Of a DNA stretch of 28,597 nucleotides, positions 25,869 to 28,597 are shown piece by piece. A model generated the notes under the pieces. That model was not told where the DNA came from, did no database searches, and was given only the letters and a program-made list of their open reading frames with translations. Within the stretch, counting starts at the first letter, position 1; the number at the start of each line of letters is the position of its first letter. Source of the DNA: Nanohaloarchaea archaeon PL-Br10_U2g27 (lineage in GTDB: Archaea; Nanohalarchaeota; Nanosalinia; Nanosalinales; Nanosalinaceae); contig LKMX01000001.1 of the NCBI GenBank assembly GCA_001564035.1, forward strand, positions 1 through 28,597, given 5' to 3'. The translations under genes were made by a program, and so were the position numbers.

Positions 25869-26168
25869 TTAGACCTCTGCACAGCTTATTTGGCCGTCAG
25901 GATCATCAGTCGACTGGCTTGCAGGAGGTATTACATTACCTTCGGATATGCAGCTGGAAGGAACGTCAACCTCTGCATTATCGTCTAGGCCTTGGCAGGA
26001 CGCTGATAATGCGGTTTCGCATCCTGTTTCGTCTGCTTCGCCTCCGAAGTCTATCAGGCCTTGCAGCCCTCCTTGCAGCATGAATACCAGTGAGAGTGCT
26101 GCGATCATTAGGACTGATGCGGCTACGATCAGCCAGAGAATTTGGGATAGGCCTTTTCTATTGTTCAT
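25869..26168 (-). CDS. Archaeal type IV pilin-like protein with class III signal peptide (99 aa, 4 Cys)
   Basis: MNNRKG|LSQILWLIVAASVLMIAALSLVFML: basic KG cleavage motif followed by hydrophobic H-domain. Confidence 0.85.
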   Translation of the reverse strand: MNNRKGLSQILWLIVAASVLMIAALSLVFMLQGGLQGLIDFGGEADETGCETALSASCQGLDDNAEVDVPSSCISEGNVIPPASQSTDDPDGQISCAEV

Positions 26169-26250
26169 GTGTATATTGTTTGGAGGCCTGTATAAAAAGT
26201 CTTTCAAAAAGAAAGGAGAGAATGATATGGTTTGATAGTGTTCCTAAAGT

Positions 26251-26535
26251 TTAAGGTTTGTTGAGGTCGATTTGGATGCTGGATACGTTTAGTTCGTCTC
26301 CTTCGTCGGTCTCGATCTCGTCTGTCCCGATTGTGATGTCGTGTACTTTTGCGTCTTCGACGAATCTGTCTTTTACGATTTCTGCTACGTCTACTGCTCT
26401 TGAGATTGCTTTTCCTCTTGCTTTTACGTGTACTGTCTCGTTTCCTTCGCTGAACTGTGTTACTACTGCTAGCACATAGCTCATTGCCGGTTTTGATCCT
26501 ACGTATACTGTGTTGTCGTCTTCTTGTTCTGGCAC
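26251..26535 (-). CDS. albA: DNA/RNA-binding protein Alba
   Basis: [37 protein letters not shown]; SD GGTGA upstream of GTG. Confidence 0.96.
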   Translation of the reverse strand: MPEQEDDNTVYVGSKPAMSYVLAVVTQFSEGNETVHVKARGKAISRAVDVAEIVKDRFVEDAKVHDITIGTDEIETDEGDELNVSSIQIDLNKP

Positions 26536-26637
26536 TTTCGTTCACCTTGGTTCTGGTTTAGGGTTTATCTATAAAATACTTTTTTCAGCGGAAGGTCTAA
26601 TCTATAGTTGTGGCTGTTGTTTAGAAGAAGTGTTATT

Positions 26638-27783
26638 TTAGTTGAATTCGTGGGTGTAAGGTTCTACTCTAAACTCTAAGTTTTCGTAGCTGTCATCAAT
26701 AATCACTGACTGCTCCGAATCTCTGATCACCCAGTCCATGTTCACAGAACTTGGCTCTGCTTCCGCCTCAGCGCTGTAACGGTCTCTGCAGGGAGGATCA
26801 TCTTCATCACAGTCATCGCCACAACAGCCGCAAGTTCCTGCGTCCTCCGAAGTTGTGCTTCCTGATCTCTCGACCGAACCAGAATCCAACCGGTCCCATC
26901 CAGCATCAGAAACATAGTATTCTTCGCTCGGATCAGTTACAAGCTCGACAAAACCTCTTCTTGGCTTAGAGTCCAGTCCTGCCTCAATGCTGCTTTCCAC
27001 TGCGTCTTCTAAATCCTCTCTTGCTGACTCTTCTGCAGATTCTTCTGCTGAGGATCTGCTGACACAGCTTGTAGCTGTAGAATCATATTCTTCTCCTGAA
27101 AGCTCGTCAAGCTCCTCTTCAATTGATAAAAAGGCCTCAACGGTCTCGTCCATTAGCTGTGGATATCTATTGTTTGTGGCGTTCGTTTCCGTTGAGTAGA
27201 ATAGGCCTTCGTCGATGTAGAATGTTTCTCCTGAACTACTTTCGCATCTTACTTCTATAGGTTCCGGATCAGGAAGTTGGAAGTCAAAAGGGTCTCCGAA
27301 GTCTACTTCATGTCCGACTGAAAGAGGATTGTCCTTGGTCTCTACTTCAGAATAGTCTGATGATAGAACGCCGTGTTGTATATCTATGTCATAACTGCTG
27401 TCAGGTACTTGGCAATTTCTGCTTTCAGATCCGTCTAAGGTATCCGTTATTTTACGGCTTGAAGCGTCGTTAATATTATCGTTCAGGATCTGGATATTGG
27501 TTTCATAGCTGCTAAGCCAGTTGTTGTTCCAGTTGGATCCGCCGCCACGACTTCCTAGCTCTTGACTGGCATTATTTACTGAGTACTCTGCTGCTAAAGG
27601 CACATAGTTGTAGAAGTAGAAGTCTCCGTAGGCCCTTGTGTCCACAACTCTTTCAATATCGTCTGTGGATTCTCCGACTATCTGTCCAAGGGCCTCAGCA
27701 ATAGGTAGTGACTGTGTAGCCATAGCTATAGATAGTATGAATAGGCCTAGCATTGGTAGAACGCCTTCCATTGATCCTTTCAT
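26638..27783 (-). CDS. Large pilin-like surface protein with class III-like signal (381 aa)
   Basis: MKG|SMEGVLPMLGLFILSIAMA, acidic extracellular body, Cys cluster TCGCCGDDCDEDDPPC. Confidence 0.75.
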   Translation of the reverse strand: MKGSMEGVLPMLGLFILSIAMATQSLPIAEALGQIVGESTDDIERVVDTRAYGDFYFYNYVPLAAEYSVNNASQELGSRGGGSNWNNNWLSSYETNIQILNDNINDASSRKITDTLDGSESRNCQVPDSSYDIDIQHGVLSSDYSEVETKDNPLSVGHEVDFGDPFDFQLPDPEPIEVRCESSSGETFYIDEGLFYSTETNATNNRYPQLMDETVEAFLSIEEELDELSGEEYDSTATSCVSRSSAEESAEESAREDLEDAVESSIEAGLDSKPRRGFVELVTDPSEEYYVSDAGWDRLDSGSVERSGSTTSEDAGTCGCCGDDCDEDDPPCRDRYSAEAEAEPSSVNMDWVIRDSEQSVIIDDSYENLEFRVEPYTHEFN

Positions 27784-28349
27784 TCTACGTCGAATACACC
27801 TCCGGTTCCTCTAAAGTACATTGTTATCTCTCCTACTTCGCCGCCGCTCAACTGGAACGGGAGACTTATCGAGTTCCAGGATCCGTCTCGGCCCTCGTTA
27901 TCAGATACTTCGATGAACTTGCTGCCGTCGCTGTTGGTAATGTTGAGATAGTAATCCTGCTGTTCAGGCCTCTGCGAAAAGCTTTGCTCCATTTTATAAC
28001 TGTAATATGCTTCTAAGTCTTCTTCAACTTTTTCTCTACTGTATTCTTCCCCGTGTATGTCAAGATCGTCGTCAGTTGACAGGTAGTGTGAGGTAAGTTT
28101 TATTGCGGTGAAATTGTAGTACTGTTCTTCAACATCGTCAGCTCTCCAAACGTTATCGTTTAACATTGTTGTAAGGACTGATCGGTCGCTTATTGACTCC
28201 ATACTGCTTTCGATCTCCACTTCTACGTCTTGCTCGAACTCTGCGTCATCAGATGACAGGAAAATGAATATTGCAAAAGCCATGAATATTGCCATTGCAA
28301 AAATTAAAACTTCGGCAATCATTCCCTGGCCTTTAAGGCGAGTATACAT
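27780..28349 (-). CDS. Pilin-like surface protein with class III signal peptide (189 aa)
   Basis: RLKG|QGMIAEVLIFAMAIFMAFAIFIFL; SD GAGGTGA upstream; 4-bp overlap with the next gene. Confidence 0.82.
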   Translation of the reverse strand: MYTRLKGQGMIAEVLIFAMAIFMAFAIFIFLSSDDAEFEQDVEVEIESSMESISDRSVLTTMLNDNVWRADDVEEQYYNFTAIKLTSHYLSTDDDLDIHGEEYSREKVEEDLEAYYSYKMEQSFSQRPEQQDYYLNITNSDGSKFIEVSDNEGRDGSWNSISLPFQLSGGEVGEITMYFRGTGGVFDVE

Positions 28350-28597
28350 GCAGTATCACCTCTAAAGGAGGATTATCCTCTCTTTTAATTAATGCAGGGC
28401 TCCAGACAGAGTCTTGCACTCCTGTAAAGCGGCACTGGATAGTTTCAGGCTCTTCGGCGTACTCGTTCTCATCGCTCAAAACCTGGACTCCGAAAGCAAA
28501 TTCTTCTCCATCAAGGCCTGTAACCTCGCTGATGTAGCAGTTATCGTTCCTAGTGTGGAAACCGGCTTCTCCATCTTCCGGGTCCTCGTTACTCAAC
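28333..28597 (-). CDS. 3' part of an acidic, probably secreted protein (5' end outside window)
   Basis: Frame open to the window edge, acidic with Cys, overlaps the start of the next pilin-like gene. Confidence 0.65.
   Translation of the reverse strand, partial: LSNEDPEDGEAGFHTRNDNCYISEVTGLDGEEFAFGVQVLSDENEYAEEPETIQCRFTGVQDSVWSPALIKREDNPPLEVILHVYSP

Overview
Archaeal chromosomal window, most likely from a nanohaloarchaeon (DPANN, Ca. Nanohaloarchaeota). This is inferred from very acidic proteins, an archaeal-type 16S/23S, a singlet histone together with Alba, and a 16S-23S spacer filled by an antisense P-type ATPase. The window holds the 16S 3' end, a complete 23S with its own bulge-helix-bulge processing stem, an RNase P RNA, five tRNAs (Ala-TGC, Arg-TCT, Phe-GAA, Asn-GTT, Arg-GCG), housekeeping genes (Sec61beta, arginase-family hydrolase, deoxyhypusine synthase, histone, aIF1A-Rio1-Dim2-Top6B-Top6A, NMD3, aEF-1beta, FEN1, iPGM, Alba) and the edge of a type IV pilin-like cluster. 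No CRISPR, transposase or integrase was seen. The two strongest unexplained signals are (1) window-wide over-representation of the palindrome AGGCCT (about 97 copies by hand count vs about 7 expected at uniform base frequencies), reminiscent of cyanobacterial HIP1, and (2) a compact ~118-nt four-helix RNA-like element downstream of the histone gene that I cannot assign to a known family. Smaller points: substitutions at conserved rRNA functional centres, a tRNA 3'-end duplication (att-like scar), several micro-ORFs missed by the ORF track, two interrupted membrane-protein genes, a pore-less voltage-sensor-like protein and a P-type ATPase with non-Ca2+ ion-site residues. All family calls come from motif recognition; no database search was run.
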